NCBI RefSeq assembly: GCF_964355755.1
Contig: NC_092672.1
Coordinates: 28,650,437-28,714,436, forward strand
Length of the DNA: 64,000 bases
Direction of reading: 5' to 3'
Source of the DNA: Antedon mediterranea
Lineage: Eukaryota; Animalia; Echinodermata
Shown: piece after piece, positions 38,901 to 53,900 of the stretch
Layout: each line of letters starts with the position of its first letter
How positions within the stretch are numbered: position 1 is the stretch's first letter
Made by a program: the position numbers and the translations under genes
Notes under the pieces: generated by a model
What the model was told of the DNA's origin: nothing
What the model saw: only the letters and a program-made list of their open reading frames with translations
Databases searched by the model: none

Positions 38901-41900
38901 GTACATATTTTTTTTTTTTATTTATTCAGTATAAATATGCAAAAAAAAAACAAAAACCGATACAGCGTGACAAGAGGCAAAACAAAATATATTAAATTCT
39001 CAAAATGCAAAAGTTAAAAGCAAACATAAAATGCATATCTTCTTAGTTCTCCATTTACCCAAGACAATAAATTTCACCAAATTCTCCTTGAAAATTAATT
39101 TGTTTAAGTCAGTAAAGAGGATTTAACTTAAAGTGGTTTTCACTTAGAATACTTTTAAAATTTGAATCGTGCATTATGGCCATTGAGTTATAATAACATA
39201 AAATAATATCTAAATCTAATAAATAATAATTATTATAGATATTTATTTTTTCAGACAACAATTTTCGTATGATCTTGTAATTGAAGGCATCTTCCCTGAT
39301 CATGGTTCTCTGCAAGGCGGTACAACGGTATTCATTACTGGTTCTGGTTTTGGTACTAATACCTCTTTGGTTGATGTAAGTTTTGGTTTTGTGACCTGTG
39401 ACATCACAGATCTGAATGATGACCTGATTCAATGTACATCCGGGAGCTCGGGAGTTGTACATACTGTGACCAATCAAGGAAAACATGAAGGTATGTTGAT
39501 GCTCAAATTAACCAATATTCTATTGGGATATTTAATAATGTAAAAATAAAATACGTGTGATATACTAACTTTGACCTATTAAATAATTATCATCCTGGCA
39601 ATGATATAATAAGGTTTACAGAGAAGTGTACATTCTGCTAAAGTCCAATCTTCTTTTTCTTCAAAAGACTCTTCCGAATATTTTAAATGCATTTGTTTAG
39701 GTTCAGGCATTTATCTACAAATTGCATTTTCTGCTCTCTTACAGAATATGGAGTTGGTTACAAGTGGGATCCACAGGTGTTGAAAATAATTGCAGGAGAT
39801 ACGGTGATGTGGCAATGGTCAACACCAGCTCTTGTTGACTCTGTAGGTTATACGGTTCAACAAACTGCAGATGCAGATTCTGTAGTATATGATGGTGAAG
39901 GGTTCTACGCAGGATCAAGGTCAAAAAGTGGTATGTGTTTCACTCATAACAAGTAGTTGTTTGAAGAGGGTTTGCTGGCATGCCCATGCCGTCTTCGTGT
40001 ACAAAGGTTGGCCTCCAGGTCTTCATATTGATAGCAAGGGGCTATAGAAACAACTGCTTTGGGGTAACGCGACTTATCATGAACTTTATTCAGAGACATA
40101 GGCTATTCTTTAAACGCTCTGCCAATTAAAGTATTATACGTAGTAAACCATTCACAAGTATATATAGTTGAAACTTAAGCGAGAAAAATGTTACAATTAT
40201 TTCCTAGTTATTAAATACAGTATTTTGACATTAATTTTAAATTACTTTGTTACCATTTTTAATTTAATGAATATTAACTTTTTTAAACAGGTACTTATAC
40301 TTACACATTCAACAACGAAGGAGAATATTATTATTCAAGTGGTCCTGTAAATTCGGATGTTCCAGAAAAAGACAAATTCTACTTAACTGGAGTTATCTAT
40401 GTTGCTCCATTTAGATCTGTAGCTTACCCACTATCTGTAAAATTGAATGAAATTTCTGCCAATCATGATTTCAGTGCTCAAAGCAATACTCCAACTGATA
40501 GTAGTTCTTGCCCGGGAAATGATGACACTATATCTGGTTGTTCTTCAGCAATGCCATTCATAAGTGACACCTCATTGTTCTCTTTTGCATTCTGGGATTG
40601 TAGTACAGCTAATATTGACGTTATTACACCATTGATTGGCTCAGCAGAGCAGACTATAACTATCGAAGGATCTGGTTTCAGTGATGTGGCTTGTGAGAAT
40701 GTAGTCACGATTGGGTATGATCACACATGTACTGTCATTTTCAGTAATGCAAATCTTATTGAATGCACTATCGAAACCAATAACTCACTACTGGTTGGTT
40801 ATTATCACAAGGTATCAGTGAATGTAAAGAATCGAGGTTACGCTATGAATTTTATTGATACGCTAGCAGAAAGAAGTTATATCTTAGTGCCTAGCATAAC
40901 CTCTGTTGATCCATCTGAAGGTTCTCTAAATGGTGGTACAGTGTTAACAATTGAGGGAAATGGGTTTTCTGCTTCATCGGTTGATGAATTGATTGTTTCA
41001 CTTGGACCAGAGTCTTGTCTAATTCAATCATTTAACTACACTCATATAATTTGTGCCACCACTTCTCATGATGTATCTGGTCATATATTTAATGTTGCTA
41101 TCGAATTAAACCACCGGTCATCTATCAACATCGGTGGTCAGCCTATCAATTTCATCTACCAGCAACATCTGACAATGCAGGTTCAAAACGTTTTTCCAGA
41201 TACTATTAGTGGTGTCTTGACCACCATCTATGTAAATGGATCTGACTTTGGTGATGTCATCAGTGACATCACAGTAACGTTCGGAAATGTTGATTGTGCT
41301 GTGGTTTCTGTAAATAGTGAAGAGATTGAGTGTGAGGTTGGCTATGTTCCAGTAGGTGATTTGCCAATCACGGTACATCGAAAGAGATACGGAAATGCAA
41401 ACTTAGTCAATTTTGAAACTGTATGGGGAGATGCTGTTATCAATACTATCAGCCCACAACAGGGAAGTACTGAAGGTGGGACTCTGATTACTATCGAAGG
41501 GAGTGGATTCCATACTGATGACACATCTGTAGTAATAGATGGTGATGTTTGTGACATTACATTTGTTAACATTTCAATGGTCACATGCATCACAAACTCT
41601 CACTCAGCTGCCACTACAGACTTTCTTGTTACATCGAATGGAGAGAATTTCCATACTCAGTCTTTTGAGTTCACATCTTCGGCAACTCCAAAAATAACAT
41701 CTGTTTCCCCATCGTCTGGAAATTCTGGCGACAGTATAACAATACGTGGAGTCAATTTTGGATCATCGACAGCAGACGTTGAAGTAACAGTTGATGGCGA
41801 AGATTGCACAGTTGTAGGCAGTGTAACAGCGACAGAAATTATCTGTGAAGTTCCATCACACGGCGCTGGAATGTACATGGTAGAAGCTGCTATCTTTAAC

Positions 41901-44900
41901 CTTGGGAAAGCTTCATCAGTGGTAACATTTGAGTATATTCTCTCAATTACTTCAAGTTTTCCAATTGATGGTAAACAAATCTTACTTGTTGCAATATTAC
42001 TTCAAAATGAAACCTAATATAATAAAAAGATAAAAATAATGACGAGACGTTGTGATCATATGTCTCATTATTTTTATTCTTTAGAATCATCAGATGACAA
42101 GATATTTTATTTTAATATCAAAACATTGTTATAGTGGTGGTTATTTTATACCTCTGTAAAATATGTATATATTAATCTATTTAGACCCTAACTGAATTAT
42201 ATCATGACAAGTAAAATAAATAGTAATCTTACAATTTATTTATTTATTTATTTATTTATTTCATACTCATCCAACAGCGAGTAACCCGCCAATTACAGGA
42301 TGGATAAACTATTTAAAATTTCACAAGACAAACATATACACAAGATGCTCTACATAAACAAAGACTTATTATTAAGTCTTTGGGAGTGGAGTTGTAAATT
42401 GTCATGAGAAAAAAACCCTGACATATGACAGGACTTGAACCCAGGACCCTTAGATTGGTAGCCAAGCATCATAACCACCAAGCCACAGCTGTGTGATCAC
42501 TCTTTGAATGTTTGCGCCATTTTCTTTAGTGAAGAAACAAAAAAAAATTTGAATTTGTGTATTACATCATCTTATGTGTGATCACTCTTTGAATATTTGC
42601 GCCATTTTCTTTAGTGAAGAAACAAAAAAACATTTGAATTTTCATATTTTTTGCCAGAGTGAAGTAGATGCGATTTTAAATGAATAATTCCAGTTCTGTA
42701 AACATAGTTCTATTCCATTACAGGAAGTTTCGCTGGAACAAAAACACTTAACTTAACAGGTTCTGGTTTCGACGAAGATAGAACAAAGGTAACAGTTTGT
42801 GGTAACCCATGTGATGTCACATCAGGAACATATACATTTGTTCAGTGCCTAATACCGGCCAATGATGGAATTGGTAAGTTGTTAGCACTTTATTTACTGT
42901 TTTTAATAACTACTGTTATTATTTTTGTAAAGGAATTATTTATTTTTAGAAGTAGTGAAGAAAACACAGCATTAATTATTACACAAATACGTATATGGAA
43001 TCCTAATTTTCATCCGAGATAGGGTACAATGTTCTTGCCTCTCTCTCTCTCTCTTATTTGTTTATTTATTTATTCCCTACCCTCTAGTTTATTATATTAT
43101 CTCTCTTTGTTAACAGCTTCGTCTACAGTATCTTGTGACATTGTGGTTTTGGTTGACAGTGGATTGAATACTACCTTGTCCGATGCATTCACTTACAAGT
43201 CTTCTCTAACAGCTTTTATCGACTCAGTAGAACCAACAAGAGGAGGAACGGGTGGAGGAACCGATTTAACTATTACTGGAACTGGGTTCAGGTATTAAAA
43301 CTGTAGTGTAGTTGTTTTATTGTGAACATATTACCCACAGAAGTTATTTACAAGATGAATAATACAATAAGTTGTATAAAAAATTAACATTTTAATATGT
43401 TATTGCAGGTCGTCTGGCAATGTGGTAACTCTTGATGGTTCTGAATGCATCATTTCCTCTGAATCGACTACCATGATAGAATGTACAACAGAAGCTCATC
43501 AAGGTTCCATCAAAACTCATGCCAGAGTCGTGACAGATGACAATGACAACATCGCCACACAGGTAAGCATGCAGGCCATTTGACTCCTTGGCCTTTATAC
43601 AGTACGTTATCTCCATAAGGTGCATTTGATCTGTATTAATGTATTGTCCATATTGCTAATCATAATTTATAGTATTATAGTCTGACAAATAATTGTTTAC
43701 GTTGTAACTGGAAACAGAACATGCATCAGGCCACTTTATAGTTTGTGTTATCTTCAACAGGACAATGGTGACTATTATTACATAGACGTTTGGTCATCTG
43801 TTTGGACTTGGGGAGGACTTGAACCTCCCATTGCAGGTGACTTTGTCATAGTACCTGCCGGACAAACACTTCTTTTAGATGTTAATACACCTATACTATC
43901 AATGCTTTTAATTGAAGGTAATGTTTATTTTAATGTAATTTTCATTTATATTTAAATTAGCAACTTATACATCTCTGTATTCAACACTGTAAAAATAGGG
44001 AAAAGAAACACTAAAACAGTTTAAGTTTAATTGTTCTTTTGCTTAGGAGGTGAATTTATTTTCGATGAAAAAGATATAGAGTTACATGCAGAAAACATTC
44101 TCATCACTGATGGAGGATTGTTACAAGTTGGCACGGAACAAGAACCATTCCAACACAAAGCAACCATTATGATGCATGGTCACCAGAGGTCACAAGAACT
44201 TCCTCTTTTTGGCGCCAAGACTCTTGCTGTAAGAAATGGAACGCTTGATCTTCATGGTAACTACATTTCCTATTTTATCACATCAACACCATTTCCATGT
44301 GCAACCTGAAAACTGGCAAATGTTTATTTCAAAGTCACATATTTGTTTTGCTATTTAAAATGCATTCTAAAAACTAGAATTTCTTTTTAGAATGTTGCTC
44401 TAACAACACAATAGTTTAATTTTGCAAGAATATGTTATTACTATACTTATACTACATGGTTTACATTTCATATACAATTTAAAAATAATTTGAAACCTTG
44501 AAGGCCTACTCTTACCCACCACAGAAACGTTACTAAACTAGACTAAACAAATATGTGTTTATTGTCTTGTTTATGTTAGTTTACCAGTTGACATTTCAAT
44601 TTTTGTTTGCGAGTTCAAAGTATTATACGTATGAAACGCCATATGTGCCGAAATATTATCTTTTTACTAATCAAAAGACAGTCTAAAACCTAGACTTAAA
44701 TAAGACATGCTTACACACTTCTCGTTATTTTTTAGGTATCCCAGTTCCTGTTACATGGACGTATCTGACACAAACCGCTGTGGCTGGAAGCACTACCCTT
44801 GTGTTGGAACAATCCGTCACATGGAATGTTGGTGATCAGATAGCAATTGCTTCCACTGGGCATCGGCATAGTCAGCGGGAAAATGAAATTGTTCGAATTG

Positions 44901-47900
44901 TTGGTAAGTATTGAGTAGCCTCAGTTAGCGCCTCAAATGAAATTCTGGATATGTAACTGATGGTTTAATTTTGTCATTTAACAATTAGAATAGCCAATTG
45001 AATAGTCTACAATCTTTAAGTTTAGTAGCAACTTTAATGTTTAACAGAAACAAATGTAAATGCATGCATTTAGTGTAAATACCAATACAAACAAAATTTC
45101 ATTTACACTCTACTTTGGGTACAGTATTTATGTGCTTAATAGTAGAAATAAATACAAATGCACAATCTAACCCATCTCAAACGTAGGCCTACCATTGAAG
45201 AGTCTTATTCGTATTCAGTAGGCCTATTAATTTGAAAGTTTAATATAAATAAATGGATAATTTTTTATTTATATTAGATATATCATCTGATGGACTGACA
45301 CTTGAAGTTGAGCCTGCACTTGAGTATGAGCACATCTCAATTGAACAGACTCTAAATGGCGTGTTTTTATCAACTAAAGCTGAAGTTGGTCTTTTGACCC
45401 ATAACGTTGTCGTCCGTGGATCAGTGCAAGACGAATGGACAGAGACCATTGAAGCATGCGAGGAAGAATTCAACACTAGTAAATGTTTCTTTTTTTCTTC
45501 TCTTGGTTTTAACGTAAATGTATTACAGTGCATGAAAAAACATAATGTTCATGTTTTATAATATACAAATAATGAAAACAAATTGAATGTACACTATTGG
45601 TATTTACTTGTTTTGCAGATCAATTTGCAACACAGACATGTTTCCAGGGCCGATATGGCGAGGAGATTGGTAGTGATCAATTTGGATCCCAGATAATGCT
45701 TTTCGGAAAATATCAGAATCAACAATTGGTAACAGGCCGTATTGAGTACGTGGAGGTGACGCACGCAGGACAAGCATTCCGTCTCGGACGGTATCCGATC
45801 CACTTTCATTTAAATGGTGACGTCAGTGGATCTTATGTTCGTGGATGTGGAATCCATCATACCTTTAACCGTGCAGTCACAATTCATGCCGTAGACAACT
45901 TGTTAGTTGAGCATAATGTTGCATATGATATCATGGGACATGCGTACTTTATGGAAGACGGTATTGAGATGGGAAACACTGTCCAATACAATCTTGGAGT
46001 CTTTGTCAAAAGTAGCTCTAGTCTGCTTAATGTTGACGTAACACCTGCTGCATTCTGGGTAACAAATCCAAACAATACTGTGCGACATAATGCAGCTGCT
46101 GGTGGATCACATTTTGGGTTTTGGTACAATATGCCCGCACATCCAGGTGGCCCTTCATATACAACATCAATGTGTCCCCGTAAAATGGTTATGGGTGAAT
46201 TCATAAACAATACTGCTCATTCCCAAGGTTGGTATGGAATCTGGATTTTCCCAGAATATCACCCAATGGAAGGTGGACAGTGTAACTCCAAAACACCAAC
46301 GCAGGCAAAGTTTTACAGTCTAACGGCATGGAAGGTAGAACGTGGCGCCGAGGCTATTGCCGTCGGCGGTGTCCAGTTTCATGATTTTTTGATTTCAGAT
46401 GCTGATAAAGCAGGAATTGAATATCAAACAATTGATAGTGACATTCCATTTGATAATGATGGGGCACTTGTCAAGAATTCCACAATTATTGGACATAGTG
46501 CCATATCAAATGCATACGCATGCACATCAGCTGGTATCCATGGTCCGAAGAGTTCTGGTCTGACCATTGATGGTGTCCAGTTCATCAATTTTAATGAAGG
46601 CCGTTGTGCAGCTCTGCGTGCTTGTGCCCATTGTAAAACAGATCAAGGTGGCTTCCACACACGAGTGAAAAATCTTGAGTTTACCGACTCTCCAAATAAG
46701 GTTGCATTCCAATGGCAACATGAGCATTGGTTTGAAGATTTGGATGGTACACTAACGGGATCAGCCAATCATATTGTATTGCCCAACAATCCTAATCTTC
46801 CACCAGCTCATTGTACTAAAAATGATGCCTTCAGTATAAATGTTGATGGCGTGTTTTGTGATGATACGGTAAAACTTCACCGCATGGCATTCAACGGTGT
46901 TTCGCCATCATCTCTTGGTAATAAAGATACCTTATTCACGAATCAACATGGTACAAGCCGTATACCATACCATCCTGGAGGTTGGATGATAACATTAATT
47001 GAAAGAGACACATACAACTTCATTTTCGAAGACGTTGATCATGTGACCAACATTACGTACAGAGCAAATTTTTATAATTTCAACGATGGTGACTATGTTG
47101 TTATAAATCATAACTTCACACAAAGTCCTGATGTGTTTGCAACGATCGGTTACGTTACAAAAAGTACAAAACAAATGGTGACATACGAAAACAACAGCTA
47201 TGGAGAATATTATTTTAATAATGATGATAACAACCTGTATTACTTAGGTAAGTTGCAAATACAGCATATATAATATAAAGTAGCACGAAAAAAGAAAGAA
47301 ACTAATACATTTACAAATTCTAAAGTTGGCTTTGTCATGAAAATATCACAATGCAATGCAATGCAATGTATCAAATAAATAGTTTAACTTTGATCACAGC
47401 ACATTAAAAGAAGAAAAAGTTTTTAGCTGGTAGACAAATAATTTGATATACACCAAAACAAATGATTCTCCAAGCTAATGTATATGTATTTATAGCTAGC
47501 TTTTGTATTCTTTAATGCAGATGATGCTAGTTTTGTATCCAAAACATGAAACATATTTTAGCCTTCATGTTTTTTAAGCCTGTTACTGAACATGAACTTA
47601 ACCACTATATTAAAAACACAAAGAATACTTCTCCTGGCCATGATGGTATAAGTGCCCAACTCATAAAATCTGCTTCCCCGTTTATTTTAAAACCTTTATT
47701 GCATATTATTAATACGTCATTATCATCGGGCTGTGTCCCGGCTGATATAAAAATTGCTAAAGTTATCCCGGTATTTAAGAATGGTGACATCTCCGATATA
47801 AATAATTATCGGCCTATTTCCATTTTACCCTTTTTTTCCAAAATATTTGAGAGGATTGTGTATGATCAAACCATTTGTTACCTCTCAAAATATAACGTAC

Positions 47901-50900
47901 TGAGTAAAACACAGTATGGATTTAGACAACACCATTCAACTAGTCATGCTTTAATACAATCGATTGAAAAAATCACAAACGCTATTGAGAATAAAGAGTT
48001 CACACTAGGAGTTTTCCTTGATTTATCAAAAGCGTTTGATACAATCGATCATGATATATTATTAGATAAGTTAAGATTTTATGGTATAAGAGGAGTTCCG
48101 CTAAACTGGTTCTCAAACTATCTTAAAAAAAGACTACAATACACATTTATTGTTAATACTGCATCTAGTAAAATGACAGTAAACACTGGAGTTCCTCAGG
48201 GATCCATATTGGGTCCATTATTATTTCTTATATTCATTAATGATATTAGTCTAGCATGTAACCATGTAGACATGATTATGTATGCAGATGACACAAATGT
48301 GTTTTATAGTCACAATGATATTACTCAAGCTTTTGATACAATGAACCAGGAGTTATCTATACTTTCGGACTGGTTTATTGCTAACAAATTAACGCTAAAT
48401 GTAAACAAATCAAAATATGTTATATTTAAGGCTAGAAATAAGTCAGCTGACACTACCTCACTAGAATTGAGGATGGGAAATGAATGTATAGTAAAAGCTA
48501 CTGAAGTTAAATTTCTAGGCTTATTTCTGGATGAAACTTTATCGTTTAATTTTCATGTAGCAAACAGTATTTCTAGAATAATTGGTGTCTTAAACAAAGT
48601 GAAGTCTATGTTATCAAGTAAAATCTTGTTAACGGTATACAATGCACTTATATTACCTAGAATAATGTATGCTATCACAGTATGGGGTGCTACTTCTGCT
48701 ACAAACTTAAACCGTATACATATTCTCCAGAAAAAAGCACTTAGAAATATTTGTCATGTTCATTTTATGCATCCTTCTCATCCACTTTTTATTTCAACCC
48801 AAACATTAAATATTTTTGACCTTTATACGAAACACACTGCTATATTTATGTATCAATATAAACATAATCTATTACCTGAATCATTTAATAACTTATTTAG
48901 TACATCTGCCTCATTCCCTAATTACTCAACTAGAAACAGGTCAAACTACTGTCCACAACTAAAACGCACCAAAGTCGGACAGCAATGTATTTCCTACCAA
49001 GGAACACATATTTGGAACAATTTAACAGACTATATAAAACAATCCCCCACTTTAAGTTTGTTTAAACAGAGATTAAAGCAATATTATAACAATAGAAATA
49101 TCTAAATTAAGTAAATCACATTATGTTATTTTGGTTTGTTTTTTTTGTTTGTACTAATTGTTTGATCTTTTTGTTAGGGTTACATGCTTAAAGCACTTGT
49201 GCTTATTTTGTATCCCATTCCATTATCTTATTATTTGTATTGTATTTGTATATGTTTTTATTTTGATTATGGAATAAAAATGTCGATGAATTGAAGTAAT
49301 TTGAATTACTATACTAAAGCTCGAATGGGATGTCTAAACACGAGTCTTTTACTTTTATCTTTAAAATAAAGTATCGATTTATCTACTATATTTTAATTTT
49401 TTCTTTAGTATCCGGAAAAGACAGGCATTCAACAGAAGGAGACACTTTGCCAATTAATCTGCAAGTTTATAGATGCTATTACCTTGACTGTATACCACCG
49501 GTTCCTGAACCGGTTCTTGAACCGGTTCCTGCAGAAGGCAGCCCAGATAACGTTTCTGTGCTTCTTTGGTCCACGGCTGAGGCTTGGGAAGGAGTGGAGG
49601 ATGGATGGGGTGGTAATGATAATGGATCATTTGTACTGCCAATAGACGGTGATGATGTCATGATCTTGCCTGGTATGTGTGTTAAAATAAAAAATTATTT
49701 TTTCTTGAAAAATATAAGAGCGTTTTAACTTTGTTTTTGTCTGTATAGTAGCCTAAACGACACGTTTATTTCTACAAAATCCCACTAAAGTAGGCCTAGG
49801 CATAAACAATCCAAGCAGGATGCTTGTTAGGAGTATCATTGGTATTGTTTTTTTCTTGAAGAAATTCTATATGCTGTGGCAAAGGTTCTGGGAAATTAAC
49901 CACCGACTCATGGTTATTGTTTAATTTAAACTTTCTTTTGTTTGTAGAGAAATGGGTAGTTGCTGATGTTCCTTTGCCAAATATTAATCTACTCTATATT
50001 TTTGGCACTCTGGAAATTGAAGATACAAGAGACAATTGTATAAATGCAACTTATATATTTATTCATGGCGGCACCTTGGTTATTGGATGGGAGAAGTCGC
50101 CATTTCAGCATCAACTACACATTTTCTTAAATGGAAACCATTTCACTGAAGACTTTCCACTACCAAACGGACCAAATATGGGAGCCAAAGTTTTGGGTAA
50201 GTCATGGCATTACAATATAAAGTATGGTAAATCTGCAATCTATTTAGTCTGATAGAAAGAGTCTAATAACCTGCAGCTAAATATAAAGGAGAAACACGTT
50301 ATTCATCAATTCTAACTAAATCATGTTAATATATTTAGGTGTATTTGGTGGCTTGGAGATGCATGGAGTTTCTCCCAATATAACATGGACACATTTGAGC
50401 AGTTCTCTCATCGCTGGCGATGACATCATCTATCTAAGAGAAAATGTAACTTGGAAAGTAGGAGATGAGATTGTGGTGGCATCAACATCGTATGAGGCTT
50501 GGGAAACTGAAACGTTCATGATAATTGAAATTATTAATAACCATACTGTACGAATCAATGACACAGCCAAGTACAAACATATAGGTATTTATAGATTTTT
50601 TATTCAATAACATAATTATCAAGTCTTTACAATTTCAAAACGTTTTCTGGAAGAGATTTTGGACTTTTTAAACAATTAATTTGCGAAGCATATGAGTATT
50701 TATTTGCACATCCCATATTTATGATATGAATAACCCCATTATTGCACACCATTTTAGCTGAAACGGTCACTCTTGAAGATGGATCTCTAACATACACCGA
50801 AGCTGCTGAGGTTGGTCTCCTTACGAGAAACATTCAAATTATTGGTGCTGACTACAGTAATTTGTTTGAAGAGTCATTTGGAGCTAGAGTTCTGATTGGC

Positions 50901-53900
50901 AAATTTAATCAAGATGGTATTGAATACAAAGGTAATAAATTCAAATATATAAATATTGTTCTGAAGTATGAAAGTTTTTGCTGTTGTTTTCCGTATTCTG
51001 TTAACTTTATATTCTTTTTTAGGTTATGCTAAAATCTCAAATGTTGAATTTAAACATTCTGGACAAGAAGGCTGGACAGATTTTTATGACCCACGTTATT
51101 CAGTTGCTTTCTTGGATATTGGAGAAGTTACTGGAGAAAACCCATCGTTTTTACGAGAATGTACATTTCATAATGGCTTCAGTCCTGCTATAGGAGTGTT
51201 TGGTACTTCAGGACTAACAATTCAGGATAATGTTATTCACCACACAGTTGGAGCAGGTAAGCAATGGCAAAAATACGTATATTTCCCCTTATATAGTAAC
51301 TTAGATTTTAGATAGTTTGTGGTTTTTGCAGCAGTGTTTATTTAGATGACTATATTTCTTTGATTTGAACTTTGACATTACTCAGGTATTATTGCATGGG
51401 GGAGAGATCATCAAATCCTGCATAACCTAGTAACACTTACAGTCTTTCCTGGTACATATCAAGACCGCTACAATGCTGAGGATATATCTTGGCCAGCAGG
51501 TATTGAAATCGAGAGCTCCAGAGATGTCATCCTACAAGACAACACTGTGGCAGGCTCTGAGAGGGTGCTGTACCATATCAGTGGTGAGATCTGTGACGTT
51601 GAAAGTCAGTGGAGTAACAACGAAGGGCATACTTCTTTGCACGGCGTTCATCTTCTGACGGGAGATGGTCAGAGAGACTGCACACAAATTGCCAATTTCT
51701 TCATCTGGAAGAATTGGGATTATGGAGTCTTTTTCCAAATTTCGAGTTCCGTTGTAATGACTGATCTTGTTCTTGCTGACAACAACATCGGGGTGATGCC
51801 ATTTGTCATTTGGCCATCTTCTCTTAGTCATAAAGCTGTTGATAAGTTTGTCAGAATGGAGTCATCGTTTATAATTGGTACAAGCCCGTTCTTTGATTGC
51901 TATGAGTTACAGGTAGGTTCAGTAAGATATAAACATTTTCATTAAATATGAACATTTTTATTATTCATTTTAAAAGATGTATTTATTTCTGTTTTTTCAA
52001 ATGTTATTATATTGTCATTTTAGGGAACTATATTTTGCAAAAAATGATATCAATATATATAGATATTATATATGCATACTTGACTTTCACTCGAAAGGAA
52101 AATTTTCAAAGAACTTTCTTACTATTCTACCTTCTGTTTCTTAACGTTTACTGATAATGCCATTCCATTGTGTAATCAGTCATTTAATTCATAAGTTATG
52201 ATTAAAATATTACATTTTTTATTAATATTTTTATGTACATATTTCAGAATCAACCGGAGAATGCAGGTCAAAGTGCAAAACAGCGTGCACCTCGTGGTCC
52301 AGACAACGGAAATGCTGGATTCGTGTGGGCAAATTTCATGTCTGGTGATAATGGTGCTCCATTTTTTCCATTTCATGGTATCCATAATTACCCAGCTATT
52401 GCTGGAAGCACACGATTGCAAGGTATGTAAAGCATGACATACGCTGGTTCTTACTTTGGCAAACCAAGTCAATACTTGGACAAACCAACAAAAACCATTG
52501 TTTGAATTCTATTGCATGAAACGCAAGGTTACAATGCTGAATGCTTATTTAGATGAACATAAACATTTCATTGCATTCAAGTTATCACCACCGTAATTTT
52601 GAGGTTTTCCATTATTACTGTTTTATCATAAATAGGTCTTTAATATCGGAATACATTTTTGGTGAATATATTTCAATATAATTATTTATTTACAATAAAG
52701 ATATTTTGCTTATTCTTATCAATAGATGTCACATTTGCTTATTTTGATTCTGCGTGTAATAAAGATCATTACGCTATTATGACCAATCCATCAAATGATG
52801 ATGGTATCCACCCAATGTCCGCTGTAGGTACAAAGATGGTAACAGTCAGAGATGAGAACAGGGTTTACATACATAGACCTAATTTAGGGTAAGTACTAAT
52901 AGTAGGTATCCTTTATGTCTGTAACAGGTTCGTACTACTAGCACCGTAGCTTTATCGCGTAGTATTTTCCGGAGCTGCAGCACTGGCACAAACACAATAA
53001 AATCATCCACAAAGACAGTTCTTGGTTTTGAAAAGTTAAATTCTTTTATTGAAGCTAGTAACCAGTTGGAAGGAGATGTAACAAAAACAGTGTTACTATA
53101 TTTAAAATAACATATCAGTGATCGATCGATCAATCGTATCATTAACGACAGTATAGGCTACTATTGCGTTGTGTCTAGTATAACAATCAAATAACTAATC
53201 AACTATATTAACTTAAAACAATTCTAAAATTAAGAGAGATAAAAATATAGATGCTTACCTAGTAACCAGTCGGAAGGAGATGAAAACCTTCACTTTGGGC
53301 TAGGCACTAGCAAGTGTCATCCATTCCCAGTTAGGTACTATGACAATTTATAACCGATTGTATATACATTTACCATAACGTTATTTCGTAGTTTACAGAC
53401 CGATTGTATTGTACACATGTAATTATCAATTTTAAAGTTCGGTTATACAAAAAGGAAACTATTAAAAAAGAAATCAATTAACAAAATCCCTTGTCCATTT
53501 ATGAACTGACCCATACTGAAACATTATACACTAAATATTCATGACCATTTTCCCGCCACTCATCTGTTTATAGCATGGTCACTTATCATTCCAGCTTTTA
53601 CTTTAATGGGTCCCACAAGGTTTCTCAGATTCAAGTCAAATTCAGCAGATAAATCATTCAAGTATTTGGGTATAAGCATACCTGTTACATATCTACGGAC
53701 CTCTTGCATTTATCCAAGTTACGTCATTGTAAATCATTGTGTAAACTCACTTGCCAGTTGCATTATGTTCACCAACCTAGTACACTTACCTACAATACTT
53801 TTTTATTTAATCTTAATAGTAAGGTTAATCCTTCTGATTGTGTGGACATGGATTGTGATGCATTTAAGAAAGCAATGATCAGAGATGAAGATGGTGGAAT

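Noticed and set aside
45619-47247. CEMIP/TMEM2 hyaluronidase or PKHD1 (fibrocystin) as the gene identity
   Set aside because: N-terminal signal peptide, many IPT repeats, PA14, two G8 domains and a C-terminal TM helix, plus peptides such as VNPSDCVDMDCD, fit fibrocystin-L.
53590-53790. FKYLGISI motif suggesting an L1/Tx1-type RT fragment
   Set aside because: Only one short motif, with no flanking RT motifs or tail; too weak to call.
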